From assembly GCA_965219995.1 (NCBI GenBank), contig CBDCOX010000002.1, forward strand, positions 3,648,001 to 3,712,000: 64,000 nt of DNA, written 5' to 3'. Source of the DNA: Candidatus Latescibacterota bacterium (lineage in GTDB: Bacteria; Latescibacterota; UBA2968; GCA-2709665). The notes under the pieces were generated by a model. It saw only the letters and a list, made by a program, of their open reading frames with translations, did no database searches and was not told where the DNA came from. Below are positions 1-10,802 of the stretch, one piece after another (within the stretch, counting starts at the first letter, position 1; each line of letters starts with the position of its first letter). The translations under genes were made by a program, and so were the position numbers.

Positions 1-1301
<1,301 letters not shown>

Positions 1302-1327
1302 TCAGCTTTCAGCCATCAGCAGTCAGC
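1302..1327. repeat. Heptamer tandem array (TCAGCnn x4)
   Basis: tcagctt-tcagcca-tcagcag-tcagc in the atpG-atpD spacer. Confidence 0.75.
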
Positions 1328-1365
1328 TTGAAGCAAATGCGCCCCACCCCCGGCCCCTACCCCTG

Positions 1366-1400
1366 GTGAGACGGGAGACGAGAGACGTGAGATGATGTGA
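1366..1400. repeat. Heptamer array (GAGACGn), reverse complement of the CGTCTCn arrays at 1589-1610 and 1689-1710
   Basis: gtgagacgggagacgagagacgtgagatg. Confidence 0.75.
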
Positions 1401-1479
1401 GTGCCTTATAGTTTTTTTAGTCGTTACGATAACGGTAAAGAAACAGGCACGGTCAGCGTGAAAACACTGTGGCAACGTT

Positions 1480-1712
1480 GTCCTCTACCGGCTACCGTCT
1501 TACGTCTAACGGGTTTTCTTGCCCTGTGCGGATTCATTTCTTGCCGGAGGCAAAAAGGAAGAACCAATCGAGCAAGGATGTCTTCTACCGTCTCCCGTCT
1601 TACGTCTCACCGGTTTTCTTGCCCTGTGCGGTTTCACTTCTTGCCAGAGGCATAAGGGAAGAACCAATCGGGCAAAGATGTCATCTACCGTCTTGCGTCT
1701 CACGTCTCACCG
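1480..1712. repeat. About 2.3 tandem copies of a 100-bp unit with an internal hairpin; a third copy lies at 32677-32770
   Basis: TTGCCCTGTGCGG recurs at 1519 and 1619 (period exactly 100). TCTACCG plus a CGTCT block recurs at about 1484, 1584 and 1684. Confidence 0.92.
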
Positions 1713-1779
1713 ACTTAACGAAGCGATGAGACGAAAGCCAAAGCGAAAGCCGGTAGCCGCGACATGCGCGAAAGCCGTC

Positions 1780-2631
1780 CTACGCTACTGCCTCCGCGCC
1801 GCCGATGATGTCCATCAGCTCCAGGGTAATCGAAGACTGGCGCACTTTGTTCATCTCGCGCGTCAATTCTTCAATCAGGTCTCCCGCATTCTTCGTCGCG
1901 TTATCCATCGCCGCCATTCGGGCAGCCTGCTCTCCCGCATTGGACTCCAGAAGGGCGCGCCAGACCTGGAAGTTCACGTGCCGGGGCACCAGCGTATCCA
2001 GCAACCGCTCGGGTTCAGGCTCGAAAATGTACTCACCGGAAGTACTCTCGTCGTCCGTATCCTGCGGCGCAATCGGCAGAAGGCGGTTGATCACGGGTTC
2101 CTGCCGTCCCAGCGACAGGAACTCGTTGTTGGCAATCCACACCTGGTCCACGGCGCCGGATACGAATCGATCCGTCAGATCGCGGGCGACGTCCACGGCC
2201 TGACCCAGATTCAGGTCGCCAAATACATCGAGGTACTCCCGGCTGATCGTAAATCCGCGTTGTCGAAAGAAGTCACGCCCTTTCCTGCCGATCGTGACCA
2301 GTTCGACGTCTCCATGTTCATCCAGTTCCGACAGTGCCTTGCGGCAGATTCCGGCGTTGAAGCCGCCGCAGAGACCGCGGTCCGCCGTTACCACCGCGAC
2401 CGCGGTCCGGCCGGACTCGCCCTGCCTGAAAAGAGGATGCCGATCCGCGTCGATGCTCGCGGTAAGCCGTTGAAGGATACGATCCAGTTGTTCGGCATAG
2501 GGGCGGGCAGCGAGAATGGCGTCCTGGGCTTTGCGAACCCTGGCCGCGGCAACCAGCTGCATGGCGTGCGTCACCTTCTGGATGTTTGTGACCCCGGTTA
2601 CCCGGTTTCTGAGTTGACGCAATGTAGCCAC
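1780..2631 (-). CDS. atpG: F1 ATP synthase subunit gamma
   Basis: ADRGLCGGFN, ARMAAMDNATKNA, C-terminal RQSSITLELMDIIGGAEA. Confidence 0.98.
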   Translation of the reverse strand: MATLRQLRNRVTGVTNIQKVTHAMQLVAAARVRKAQDAILAARPYAEQLDRILQRLTASIDADRHPLFRQGESGRTAVAVVTADRGLCGGFNAGICRKALSELDEHGDVELVTIGRKGRDFFRQRGFTISREYLDVFGDLNLGQAVDVARDLTDRFVSGAVDQVWIANNEFLSLGRQEPVINRLLPIAPQDTDDESTSGEYIFEPEPERLLDTLVPRHVNFQVWRALLESNAGEQAARMAAMDNATKNAGDLIEELTREMNKVRQSSITLELMDIIGGAEAVA

Positions 2632-2650
2632 CGGCTACTCCCCCGCGCTC

Positions 2651-4171
2651 CTACGCCGACACCTGAAAGCCGCGCTTCACGCTCTCGATTGCGGCTTCGA
2701 TGACGGTCTTCGCCTCGTCGCTCAGTTCTTCGCTGCTCGTGATTTCGTTCACCACGTCCTGGTGGTGGTCTCGCATATAGGCCAGTGCCTCGGCTTCAAA
2801 CCGCCGAACGTCGTCCGTTGGCAGTTCGTCGATACTCGCGCCGACGGTCAGGGACACAACCTGCTCGCCCAGCGACATCGGCGCGTACTGGCCCTGTTTG
2901 AGAATCTCGATCAGTTTCTCGCCGCGGTTCAGCAGGTTGCGGGTGGCCGTGTCCAGGTCGGAGGCCCCGAATTGCGCAAAGGCCTGGACCTCGTTGTAAC
3001 GCGCGATATCGCCGCTTAAGGTAGCGGAAACCGCCTTCATCGCCCCGGTTTTGGCCGAGCTTACCCTGGAGACGGAAGCGCCCACGTCCATCGCCGGCCG
3101 GATGCCCGAATAGAACAACTCCGGCTTCAGCAGAATCTGCCCGTCGGTGATCGAGATCACGTTGGTGGGCACGAACGTGGATACGTCCCCTTCCAGGATC
3201 TCGATGATTGGCAGCGCCGTGAGAGAGCCTCCGCCCTCCTCGTCGCTCAATTTGCAGGCGCGTTCCAGAAGGCGCGAGTGCAGGTAGAACACGTCGCCGG
3301 GATAGGCTTCCCGCCCCGGCGGCCGGCGCAGGACCAGCGCCATTTCGCGATATGCCCAGGCTTGCTTGGAGAGGTCGTCGTACACGATCAGCGCGTGTTC
3401 ACCCTTGTCGCGGAAGTGCTCGCCCATGGAACATCCGGCGTAGGGCGCCAGGAACTGGAGCGGCGCCGGATCGCTGGCCGTGGCCGATACGACGATCGTA
3501 TATCCCAGGGCGCCGTTTGCTTCGAGTTCGGCAACCACTTTCGCCACGGACGACGCCTTCTGCCCGATACCCACATAGATACATTTGACGCCGGTGTCCT
3601 TCTGGTTGATGATCGCGTCCAGCCCGATCGCCGTCTTTCCGGTCTGCCGGTCGCCGATGATCAACTCGCGCTGTCCGCGCCCGATGGGCGTTGCGGCGTC
3701 CACGACCTTGATTCCCGTCTGTAAGGCTTCTTCAACCGGCTGGCGCTGGATGACACCGGGCGCAATCCGTTCCACGGGCAACGACTGAGAGGTGCTGACC
3801 GGTCCCTTTCCGTCCAGCGGTTCGCCCAGAGGCGTCACCACCCGGCCCAGCAGTTCGTCTCCCACGGGCACCTCGACGACGCGTCCCGTCCGCCGGACCT
3901 GGTCGCCTTCCTTGATTGCCGTGTCGTCCCCGAAGAGGACGCAGCCGACGTTGTCCTCTTCCAGGTTGAACGCCATGCCCATGATGTTTTCGGGAAACGC
4001 CACCAGCTCACTGGCCTGCGCGTTGCCCAACCCATGAACGCGCGCCACGCCGTCGCCCACCTGCAACACGGTTCCGGTCTCGTACACGTCAATGTCCCGT
4101 TCGGTCTCCAGAATCTGCTGTTTGAGGATATCGGAGACTTCATCGGGGCGAATTTGCAAGTTCATCGCCAT
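2651..4171 (-). CDS. atpA: F1 ATP synthase subunit alpha
   Basis: [42 protein letters not shown]. Confidence 0.98.
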   Translation of the reverse strand: MAMNLQIRPDEVSDILKQQILETERDIDVYETGTVLQVGDGVARVHGLGNAQASELVAFPENIMGMAFNLEEDNVGCVLFGDDTAIKEGDQVRRTGRVVEVPVGDELLGRVVTPLGEPLDGKGPVSTSQSLPVERIAPGVIQRQPVEEALQTGIKVVDAATPIGRGQRELIIGDRQTGKTAIGLDAIINQKDTGVKCIYVGIGQKASSVAKVVAELEANGALGYTIVVSATASDPAPLQFLAPYAGCSMGEHFRDKGEHALIVYDDLSKQAWAYREMALVLRRPPGREAYPGDVFYLHSRLLERACKLSDEEGGGSLTALPIIEILEGDVSTFVPTNVISITDGQILLKPELFYSGIRPAMDVGASVSRVSSAKTGAMKAVSATLSGDIARYNEVQAFAQFGASDLDTATRNLLNRGEKLIEILKQGQYAPMSLGEQVVSLTVGASIDELPTDDVRRFEAEALAYMRDHHQDVVNEITSSEELSDEAKTVIEAAIESVKRGFQVSA

Positions 4172-4257
4172 AAGTGTCTACACCTCGGTTATCAGCCGGT
4201 TGAATAAGCTCATCCTGTCTTTCCGGACGCCCGCACAGCGACTTTCTCAACGGAGTG

Positions 4258-4803
4258 TTATGACAGACCCGAAACCAGCCTCTGGCGCATCCGGTTCAAC
4301 TGCGCTTCGAGGGTTGCGTCGAACACGTGGTCGCCCATCCGGGTCACAAAGCCCGCCTTGAGTCCCGCGTCGACTTCGACGTCCAGCCGGACCTGCTTCC
4401 CCGACCAGGCCGACAGCCTCTGTGCGAGGCGCGCGCGCTGGTCCTGCGAAAGTTCCCGCGCCGATCGGACGTATGCGGTGGTCAGGCCCCTGCGTTCATC
4501 CAGTTGCATCAGAAAAGCCCGGATGATGTTCGGGAGCCCCCGCTCGCGCCTTTTGTCGCACAACAGCAGCAGGAAACTCAGCGTGAGATCGCCAATCCGT
4601 CCCGAAAAAAGCTTCCGGACGGCCGTCCGCTTCTGTTCCGGATAAATCAGGGGGTCGCTCAGAAAGGCTCTCAGGTCTTCCGATTCGCGAATCAGGTCGA
4701 GAAGACCCTCCAGGTCCTCACGGACCCGTTCCAGCGCCTCGCGCTCTTCTGCCGCATGGATGAGCGCCCTGGCATAACGCATTGCGACGGGGGTTTCGTT
4801 CAA
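4258..4803 (-). CDS. atpH: F1 ATP synthase subunit delta
   Basis: RYARAL N-terminus, 181 aa, between atpF and atpA. Confidence 0.95.
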   Translation of the reverse strand: MNETPVAMRYARALIHAAEEREALERVREDLEGLLDLIRESEDLRAFLSDPLIYPEQKRTAVRKLFSGRIGDLTLSFLLLLCDKRRERGLPNIIRAFLMQLDERRGLTTAYVRSARELSQDQRARLAQRLSAWSGKQVRLDVEVDAGLKAGFVTRMGDHVFDATLEAQLNRMRQRLVSGLS

Positions 4804-4818
4804 GCTCGGCTCCGCAAA

Positions 4819-5316
4819 TCAGTTTTGTCCTGATTCCGGAATGCTGTCGATAAACTCGTCGACCAGCTTCCGATTTCTGTCATTGTCCAGGTTCTCGTCC
4901 AGCACTTTGCCCGCGGCTTCGATGGCCAGACCCGCGGCGTGCGTGCGCAATTCCTGGATCGCCTGCACCTTCTCCTGTCGGATCGTTCGCCGGGCCTGCT
5001 CCAGCATCTGCCGGGCCTCTTCCGACGCGCGTTCACGCACTTCCTGCGCCGCGCGCTCGGCCGCTTCCCGCCCTTGCGAAATCGCCTGCCGGGCGTCGGC
5101 CTGTGCCTGCTCCATTGCCCGACGGTTTTCTTCAGCCGCACTCTGCGCTTCTTCCCTGGCTTTCTCGGCCTGGTTCAGGGAGTCCCGAATGCGCCTTTCG
5201 CGTTCGTCCAGCATGGCCAGCAGAGGTTTCCAGGCAACACGCTTGAGAACAAGCAGCAGCAGGACGAAGGTAATAATGGTCCAGAACATCAGACCTGTAT
5301 CGACATTCAGCAACAT
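4819..5316 (-). CDS. atpF: Fo ATP synthase subunit b
   Basis: N-terminal TM helix, AWKPLLAMLDERE, long coiled coil. Confidence 0.96.
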   Translation of the reverse strand: MLLNVDTGLMFWTIITFVLLLLVLKRVAWKPLLAMLDERERRIRDSLNQAEKAREEAQSAAEENRRAMEQAQADARQAISQGREAAERAAQEVRERASEEARQMLEQARRTIRQEKVQAIQELRTHAAGLAIEAAGKVLDENLDNDRNRKLVDEFIDSIPESGQN

Positions 5317-5357
5317 ACCCGTTCCTCTGGTTTAGACGTTCTCAACGGGTTGCTCTC

Positions 5358-5609
5358 TCAGCCGCCTTTTGTTGCCAGAAGAAAGCAGACCACCTGCCCG
5401 AAAAGGGCCACACCCTCTATGAATGCCGCCGTAATGATCATCGAGGTACGGATATCGCCGGCCGCTTCGGGCTGCCGTGCGGTGCCCTCTACGGCCATAC
5501 CGGCCAAACGTCCGATTCCAATACCGGCGCCGATCGTTACCAGCCCCGCGCCGATGCCTGCGGACAGATAACCATAAGCTTCGGCCGCCACGGATGCCAC
5601 GTCTGCCAC
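5358..5609 (-). CDS. atpE: Fo ATP synthase subunit c (H+-type)
   Basis: GAGIGIG, ARQPE loop, FIEGVAL carboxylate; GTG start with GGAGGAGG SD. Confidence 0.97.
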   Translation of the reverse strand: MADVASVAAEAYGYLSAGIGAGLVTIGAGIGIGRLAGMAVEGTARQPEAAGDIRTSMIITAAFIEGVALFGQVVCFLLATKGG

Positions 5610-5673
5610 AACACACCTCCTCCGCTAGGAAGTTAAGGGTTTACGATGAAACGATAACTACGTGATTCTACGC

Positions 5674-6477
5674 TCAGTGGTCCTGATGAACAGCCATCCC
5701 GATAAAGACGGCGGACAACATGGTGAAAATGTACGCCTGCACCAGTGCGACGAAGATTTCCAGCAGATAGATCGCCAGCGCGAATGCCACGGACACGGGG
5801 GCGACGGCGTACGACTTGAACATGAAAATGAGCCCCAGCAATGCCAGGATGATCACATGTCCGGCGGTCATATTGGCAAAGAGACGAATACACAGCGCAA
5901 AGGGCTTGGCAATCAGGCCGATGAGCTCGATGGGGATCATCAGAAGCGTGATCGGCAGGGGCAGTCCGTGCGGCACCAGTCCCTTGAAGTAACCCAGAAA
6001 GCCGTTGTGCAAAATACCACCCAATTGAATCACCAGAAAAGCACAGACGGCCAGCCCGGCGGTTACGCTCACATTGCCTGTCGCCGTAGCGCCGTAGGGT
6101 ACCAGGCCCAGCAGATTGCAGGTCAGAATGAAGAAAAACACGGTAAACAGAAAGGGCAGAAACCGTCCGGCCTCCCTTGCGCCGATATTGGGAACGGCGA
6201 TTTCATCCCGGATGAAGACGACAACAGACTCCAGCAGATTGGCGAGTCCCGAGGGCACCAGGCCGCGGCGCCGGGTTGTCGACGTGAAGACCCACAGCAG
6301 AAACGCGGCCGCAACCCACATCATGACGACGTGCCGGGTGATGGCGATATCGATGCCGAACAGCTCAAAACGAGGGATTTCGAAATGATACCCGAAGGGC
6401 AGATGGAGCTCGGAAGAATCGAGCAGGTGCTCCATGATGTAGTCTTTTTTGCCTTCCGCGGCGCCTTCTGAAGCCAT
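5674..6477 (-). CDS. atpB: Fo ATP synthase subunit a
   Basis: NLLGLVP, IRLFANMTAGH, LVQAYIFTML. Confidence 0.98.
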   Translation of the reverse strand: MASEGAAEGKKDYIMEHLLDSSELHLPFGYHFEIPRFELFGIDIAITRHVVMMWVAAAFLLWVFTSTTRRRGLVPSGLANLLESVVVFIRDEIAVPNIGAREAGRFLPFLFTVFFFILTCNLLGLVPYGATATGNVSVTAGLAVCAFLVIQLGGILHNGFLGYFKGLVPHGLPLPITLLMIPIELIGLIAKPFALCIRLFANMTAGHVIILALLGLIFMFKSYAVAPVSVAFALAIYLLEIFVALVQAYIFTMLSAVFIGMAVHQDH

Positions 6478-6481
6478 TGAG

Positions 6482-6895
6482 TCAAACCCCTTCTTTCGAG
6501 TCCCGCCGAACCGCGGCGCGCCTCACAAAGAACCGGATTTCCAGAATCTGGAAGAGCAGGTACGACAGAAAGAGAGAGAATACCAACCCGTAAATCGACA
6601 ACGCCGTAACTTCGATCAGGAGAATCAGTACCCCGCAGATGACCAGCATCCGCAGAACCATTCCACCCAGCAGCGTCTTCAGGAAGACCGACTGCGGCCG
6701 GTCGAACGACCAGATGGCCGAGAGCCCCCCGGCCAGTGCGTTCAGTGCGCCAATTCCGAATCCGACGGCGGCCGCAAGGACCATTTCAACGTCCCAATAG
6801 AGGTATAGCGGGAACCCGCCCAAAACCGCCGCAATGATCACGACAGTCCCGACCTGCCTGCCAAATCGGAGGAATTCCGTTCCCAAAAATTTCAC
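6482..6895 (-). CDS. atpI: ATP synthase protein I-like membrane protein
   Basis: Four predicted TM helices, directly upstream of atpB. Confidence 0.75.
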   Translation of the reverse strand: MKFLGTEFLRFGRQVGTVVIIAAVLGGFPLYLYWDVEMVLAAAVGFGIGALNALAGGLSAIWSFDRPQSVFLKTLLGGMVLRMLVICGVLILLIEVTALSIYGLVFSLFLSYLLFQILEIRFFVRRAAVRRDSKEGV

Positions 6896-6908
6896 CTCCG
6901 GACGGCGG

Positions 6909-7160
6909 TTAATGCTTGTCCTTCTTGTCGCGTTCCTGGAGTCGAATTGCCGTTCTGTAAAGGTTCAGAAAACCGACGGTGATGCCCAGAAACGTACCGA
7001 CCAGCATCAGATACGGGGCCGTTCCCAGTTTGCCGTCCAGCCACCGTCCGCCGAAAAGGCAGAGCAGGATGGCCGCCGCGAACTCGATCCCCAGGTTCAG
7101 ATAGGGCCCCGCCTTCCGATAAGCCGCGGCCAGACCCGTTTGTTCTTTCTCCTCCGCCAT
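6909..7160 (-). CDS. AtpZ/AtpI (ATPase gene 1) family protein
   Basis: Two TM helices with GRWLDGKLGTAP; first gene of the atp cluster. Confidence 0.85.
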   Translation of the reverse strand: MAEEKEQTGLAAAYRKAGPYLNLGIEFAAAILLCLFGGRWLDGKLGTAPYLMLVGTFLGITVGFLNLYRTAIRLQERDKKDKH

Positions 7161-7225
7161 CTTTCAATATGATGGATTATGGACGGAAAGGCGCAGGCGC
7201 CGCAAGTTGCACGGCTCGGAAATGA

Positions 7226-8674
7226 TCAGATCCCAATCAGGTTGCCTACCGTCTGCCTGGCAAACTCCAGAACCCGCGAGGGAGCAATGCCGATACATAG
7301 TGTCGCCAGGAACGTGACCAGCAGGGCGGTTCGCGTGAGCGCGGGAAACGTCCCCATCGGCTTTTCGTCAGCGGGTTGTCTCATATACATGCTTACGACG
7401 ACGCCGAGATAGAAATACACCGAGACAAGGCTGTTCAGTACGCCGATGATGGTGAGGGAGACCAGCCCCGCGTCGATGGCCGCCCGGAATATGTAGAACT
7501 TTCCGAAGAAACCGGCAGTGGGCGGCAGCCCCGCCAGGGAGAGCATGAACAGCGTCATCGTCAGCCCGAGTGCCGGATGCTTGAAACCCAGACCCGCGTA
7601 ATCCGAAATGTCCAGGTTCTCTTCGCCTTTCCGCGCCACCAGAATCAGGACCGCAAAAGCCCCAACGTTCATAAACGTATAGGCGAGCAGATAAAACAGC
7701 GCCGCTGAGACACCATTTCCACTGCCCGCGGCGAGTGCAATCAGAACGTAACCGGCGTGGGCAATGCTGGACCAGGCCAACATGCGCTTAATACTGCGCT
7801 GCCCCAGCGCGCTCAGGTTGCCTACCGTCATCGTCAACGCGGCCAGGACCCAGAGTACCGCCGTCCACTCCGCCTTCAGCGGTTCCAGGGACACCATCAG
7901 TACACGCAGGAAAGCCACAAAGGCGGCTGCCTTGGGGCCCGCGGAGAGAAAGGCGGTAACCGCCGCGGGCGCGCCTTCGTAGACGTCGGGCGCCCACATG
8001 TGGAACGGCACTGCCGCCACTTTGAATGCGAAGCCCACAACCAGCAATACCATGCCGGCGTATAACATCAGGCCGCCGCCATCCACGCTCCTGGACAACA
8101 TCGCGCCGACCTGTTGCAGGTTAGTGGAACCGGTCGACCCGTAAATCAGGGCAATTCCATAAAGCAGAAACCCGGTCGCAAACGCGCCCAGCAGCAGATA
8201 TTTCAGGGAGGCTTCGTTGGATACGGAACGCGAACTGAGGAATCCGACCAGGATATAGAGAGACAGGGACATCAGTTCCAGACCCAGGAAGATGACGATA
8301 AGATCCGTCCCCGCGGCCATGAGCATCATGCCCAGGGTGGCCGTCAGCAGCAGCAGATAATATTCGCTGCGGCTGCCTTGTTCCCGCCTCAGATAACCCG
8401 TGGAAACAAAAATGGTCAGCGTCGTGCCGACCGCAAATATAATGTTGGAAAAGAGCGCGAAATTGTCCAGCACGAGCATGCCGCCAAAAGCCTGCTCGGA
8501 CCGCCCCCAGAGTACCGCGCTCGCGGCCGCCGCCAGGCCCGTTCCGACAATGGCAGCGTATGCCGCGCCCAACCCCCGATTCGCCGGCCGGACGATGTCG
8601 ATGCACAGGATCAACAACGCGCTGGCCGCCACGATCAGCGAGGGAACGAGCACGATCCAGTTCAGGTCAGGCAA
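7226..8674 (-). CDS. nuoN: NADH-quinone oxidoreductase subunit N
   Basis: LELMSL, EASLKY, FKVAAVPFHMWAPDVYEGAP, LAGLPPTAGFFGK; TTG start with GAGGA SD. Confidence 0.96.
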   Translation of the reverse strand: MPDLNWIVLVPSLIVAASALLILCIDIVRPANRGLGAAYAAIVGTGLAAAASAVLWGRSEQAFGGMLVLDNFALFSNIIFAVGTTLTIFVSTGYLRREQGSRSEYYLLLLTATLGMMLMAAGTDLIVIFLGLELMSLSLYILVGFLSSRSVSNEASLKYLLLGAFATGFLLYGIALIYGSTGSTNLQQVGAMLSRSVDGGGLMLYAGMVLLVVGFAFKVAAVPFHMWAPDVYEGAPAAVTAFLSAGPKAAAFVAFLRVLMVSLEPLKAEWTAVLWVLAALTMTVGNLSALGQRSIKRMLAWSSIAHAGYVLIALAAGSGNGVSAALFYLLAYTFMNVGAFAVLILVARKGEENLDISDYAGLGFKHPALGLTMTLFMLSLAGLPPTAGFFGKFYIFRAAIDAGLVSLTIIGVLNSLVSVYFYLGVVVSMYMRQPADEKPMGTFPALTRTALLVTFLATLCIGIAPSRVLEFARQTVGNLIGI

Positions 8675-8709
8675 CGCAGAAGTCCTCGGTGATAATTATT
8701 AGCAGCATT

Positions 8710-8738
8710 AATTAACGGGGATGCGATAAAAAAGTCAA
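8710..8738 (-). promoter_or_regulatory. Candidate internal sigma70 promoter for nuoN-atp
   Basis: Minus strand TTGACT-17 nt-TTAATT inside a very AT-rich spacer of about 190 bp; the -10 match is only moderate. Confidence 0.4.
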
Positions 8739-8863
8739 GCCTAAAGTTTCAATTTGGCGCGCACGCGGAAAATTACCGAAAAACACATCTGGTCTGCATA
8801 GCGAAAAATAAATACAATTAAATGTTTTTATTATACTTAAATATCACCATTTGTTCCCGGATT

Positions 8864-10552
8864 TCAGAAGCAGTAGATCAGGAACGCGGCCAGAAAGATC
8901 GTTACGACCAATACGGCGGTGCCCGTAGTCCAGGTCCGGCTCAGAATGCCCTGGGGGCCGTGGGTTTGCCGGCATCCGGATATCGCCGCCGCGACCAGCG
9001 CCTTTCCTCCCCGCAGGATCGGATTTCCCGCGGAACCGCCCGCCCGCGCAACAATCCGTACGATGCCGGGAAGCAGTCGCCGGTACGCCCAGTCGGCGTC
9101 CAGGTTTATCGACCGGAGTACGGACGGATAAATCGCGGTCCGTTTCAATAAGACGAACGCCAGAGCGGAGAAGGACAACAGCTGACACTGGACAATCACG
9201 TGGTCCAACGTATAGGGTTCGAAATCCACGGCATGAGGCAGAATATCGTACAGTGGTTTCGGTACAATGCCGATCAGAACGCACATGGCCGCAGCTGCGC
9301 CCATGGCGACGAGCATGTTCAGCGGCGCCTCCCTGCATCGGATCCCCGAATCACGCGAGAAGAATGCCAGGTAGGGGACTCTGATGCCTATATAAATCAA
9401 CGCGCCGGCCGACGCGAACACCAGGACCGACCAGGTCAGGACATAGTGACCGTTGGCTGCCGACCAGACGATAAACGACTTACTGACGAAGCCGCTGAAG
9501 AATGGAAAGGCCGAAATCGACGCGGCGCCAACGATGCAGAACACCGCAGTCAGCGGCATGGATCTGTACAGCCCGCCCAGTTCCGACGCTTTCGCGGTGC
9601 CCGTCCGGTAGAGCACGGCGCCCATCGACATAAACAACAGGGCTTTGTAAAGGACGTGCGTGAACGCGTGGGCGGCCGTACCGTTCAGGGACGTCTCCGT
9701 TCCGATCCCGATCCCGACCACCATAAATCCGAGCTGGATATTCAGGCTGTAGGACAGCACCCGCCTGAGGTCGTTTTCAATGACCGCGTAGAACATCGGA
9801 AACGCGGCCATCGCGGCGCCGATCGGGATCAGGATCTCAGTGCCGGGAAAGCCCCGGGCAAGCGCATAGACCGCCAGCTTGGTTGTGAACGCGCTCAGAA
9901 ACACGGTCCCGGTCACCGTTGCCTCCGGATAGGCGTCCGGCAGCCAGCTGTGGAGCAGGGGAAAGGCGCATTTGATTCCGATAGCGATCAGGATCAGCGT
10001 CGTGCCCGGACCGTTCAGCCCCAGCCCGGTAAACGCGATCGACCCAGTCTCGCGCAGGTGGAGCAGAATGCCGGCGAGCAGAATCATACCCGAACAGATC
10101 TGAACGATGAGGTAACGCATCCCGGCGGCGTAGGCCCGGTCGGTACGGCGGCTCCAGATCAGGAATACGGAGGAAATCGCCGTCAGTTCCCAACAGACGA
10201 AAAGGGTAATGAGATCGCCTGCGAAGAGGGCGCCGATGGCGCTGCCCGCATAGAACAGGCCTGCAACGTGCTGCGTGTTGTCCTTGACATGGAGCGCATA
10301 GACGACGCTCAACAGGGCGGCGATATGGAACACATAGCCGAAGGCCAGGCTGAGCCCGTCGATCCGGACCAGCGTCAGAGTGTAGTCGAAGATCCGGATC
10401 TGTCCGTATTCGCCCGGGGAGAATCCAAGCAGGTGGGCAAGCCCTGCAACCGGCAGCAGGAGCATATAGGCCGACTGTAATCGCCCCCTCAGGAGCGGTA
10501 TCAGCAACGACCCGATCATCAGGATCAGTGCCGGCGGAAACTGATCAATCAT
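8864..10552 (-). CDS. mrpD: Mrp antiporter MrpD-like subunit (third copy, long C-terminus)
   Basis: Likely start MIDQFPP at 10552; WELTA, KCAFPLLHSWLPDAYPEA, SAFTTK, SGFVSK. Confidence 0.88.
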   Translation of the reverse strand: MIDQFPPALILMIGSLLIPLLRGRLQSAYMLLLPVAGLAHLLGFSPGEYGQIRIFDYTLTLVRIDGLSLAFGYVFHIAALLSVVYALHVKDNTQHVAGLFYAGSAIGALFAGDLITLFVCWELTAISSVFLIWSRRTDRAYAAGMRYLIVQICSGMILLAGILLHLRETGSIAFTGLGLNGPGTTLILIAIGIKCAFPLLHSWLPDAYPEATVTGTVFLSAFTTKLAVYALARGFPGTEILIPIGAAMAAFPMFYAVIENDLRRVLSYSLNIQLGFMVVGIGIGTETSLNGTAAHAFTHVLYKALLFMSMGAVLYRTGTAKASELGGLYRSMPLTAVFCIVGAASISAFPFFSGFVSKSFIVWSAANGHYVLTWSVLVFASAGALIYIGIRVPYLAFFSRDSGIRCREAPLNMLVAMGAAAAMCVLIGIVPKPLYDILPHAVDFEPYTLDHVIVQCQLLSFSALAFVLLKRTAIYPSVLRSINLDADWAYRRLLPGIVRIVARAGGSAGNPILRGGKALVAAAISGCRQTHGPQGILSRTWTTGTAVLVVTIFLAAFLIYCF

Positions 10553-10790
10553 AGTAGTCTTCCTTGCGTCCCAGAACCACGCGCAGCCCCCTGGCTGCCA
10601 GCACAAGCACGACGGCGGCCGCAAACCCATATAACGCATGAAAGCCGAACCATTGCTCGGCTGATATATGGGTATGTTTGTGAATGAAAACATCCGCCAG
10701 CAGCAGCAGGACGCAGACCGCATAGAGAATCCGGAGTGGCTTCTTTACGATTCCGGCTCCTTCATGCCTGTTTTTCGATCTTTCTTCCAT
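10545..10790 (-). CDS. Small 2-TM membrane protein within the mrp cluster
   Basis: 81 aa, two hydrophobic helices, GFHALYGF; overlaps the next gene by 8 bp. Confidence 0.8.
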   Translation of the reverse strand: MEERSKNRHEGAGIVKKPLRILYAVCVLLLLADVFIHKHTHISAEQWFGFHALYGFAAAVVLVLAARGLRVVLGRKEDYYD

Positions 10791-10802
10791 AGGCTTCGTC
10801 CG

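Noticed and set aside
1480-1712. Possible CRISPR array
   Set aside because: The whole 100-bp unit repeats, with no unique spacers and no cas genes in the window.
5358-5609. Na+-translocating ATP synthase suggested by the nearby Mrp
   Set aside because: The c subunit lacks the Na+-binding Q and E-S/T signature.
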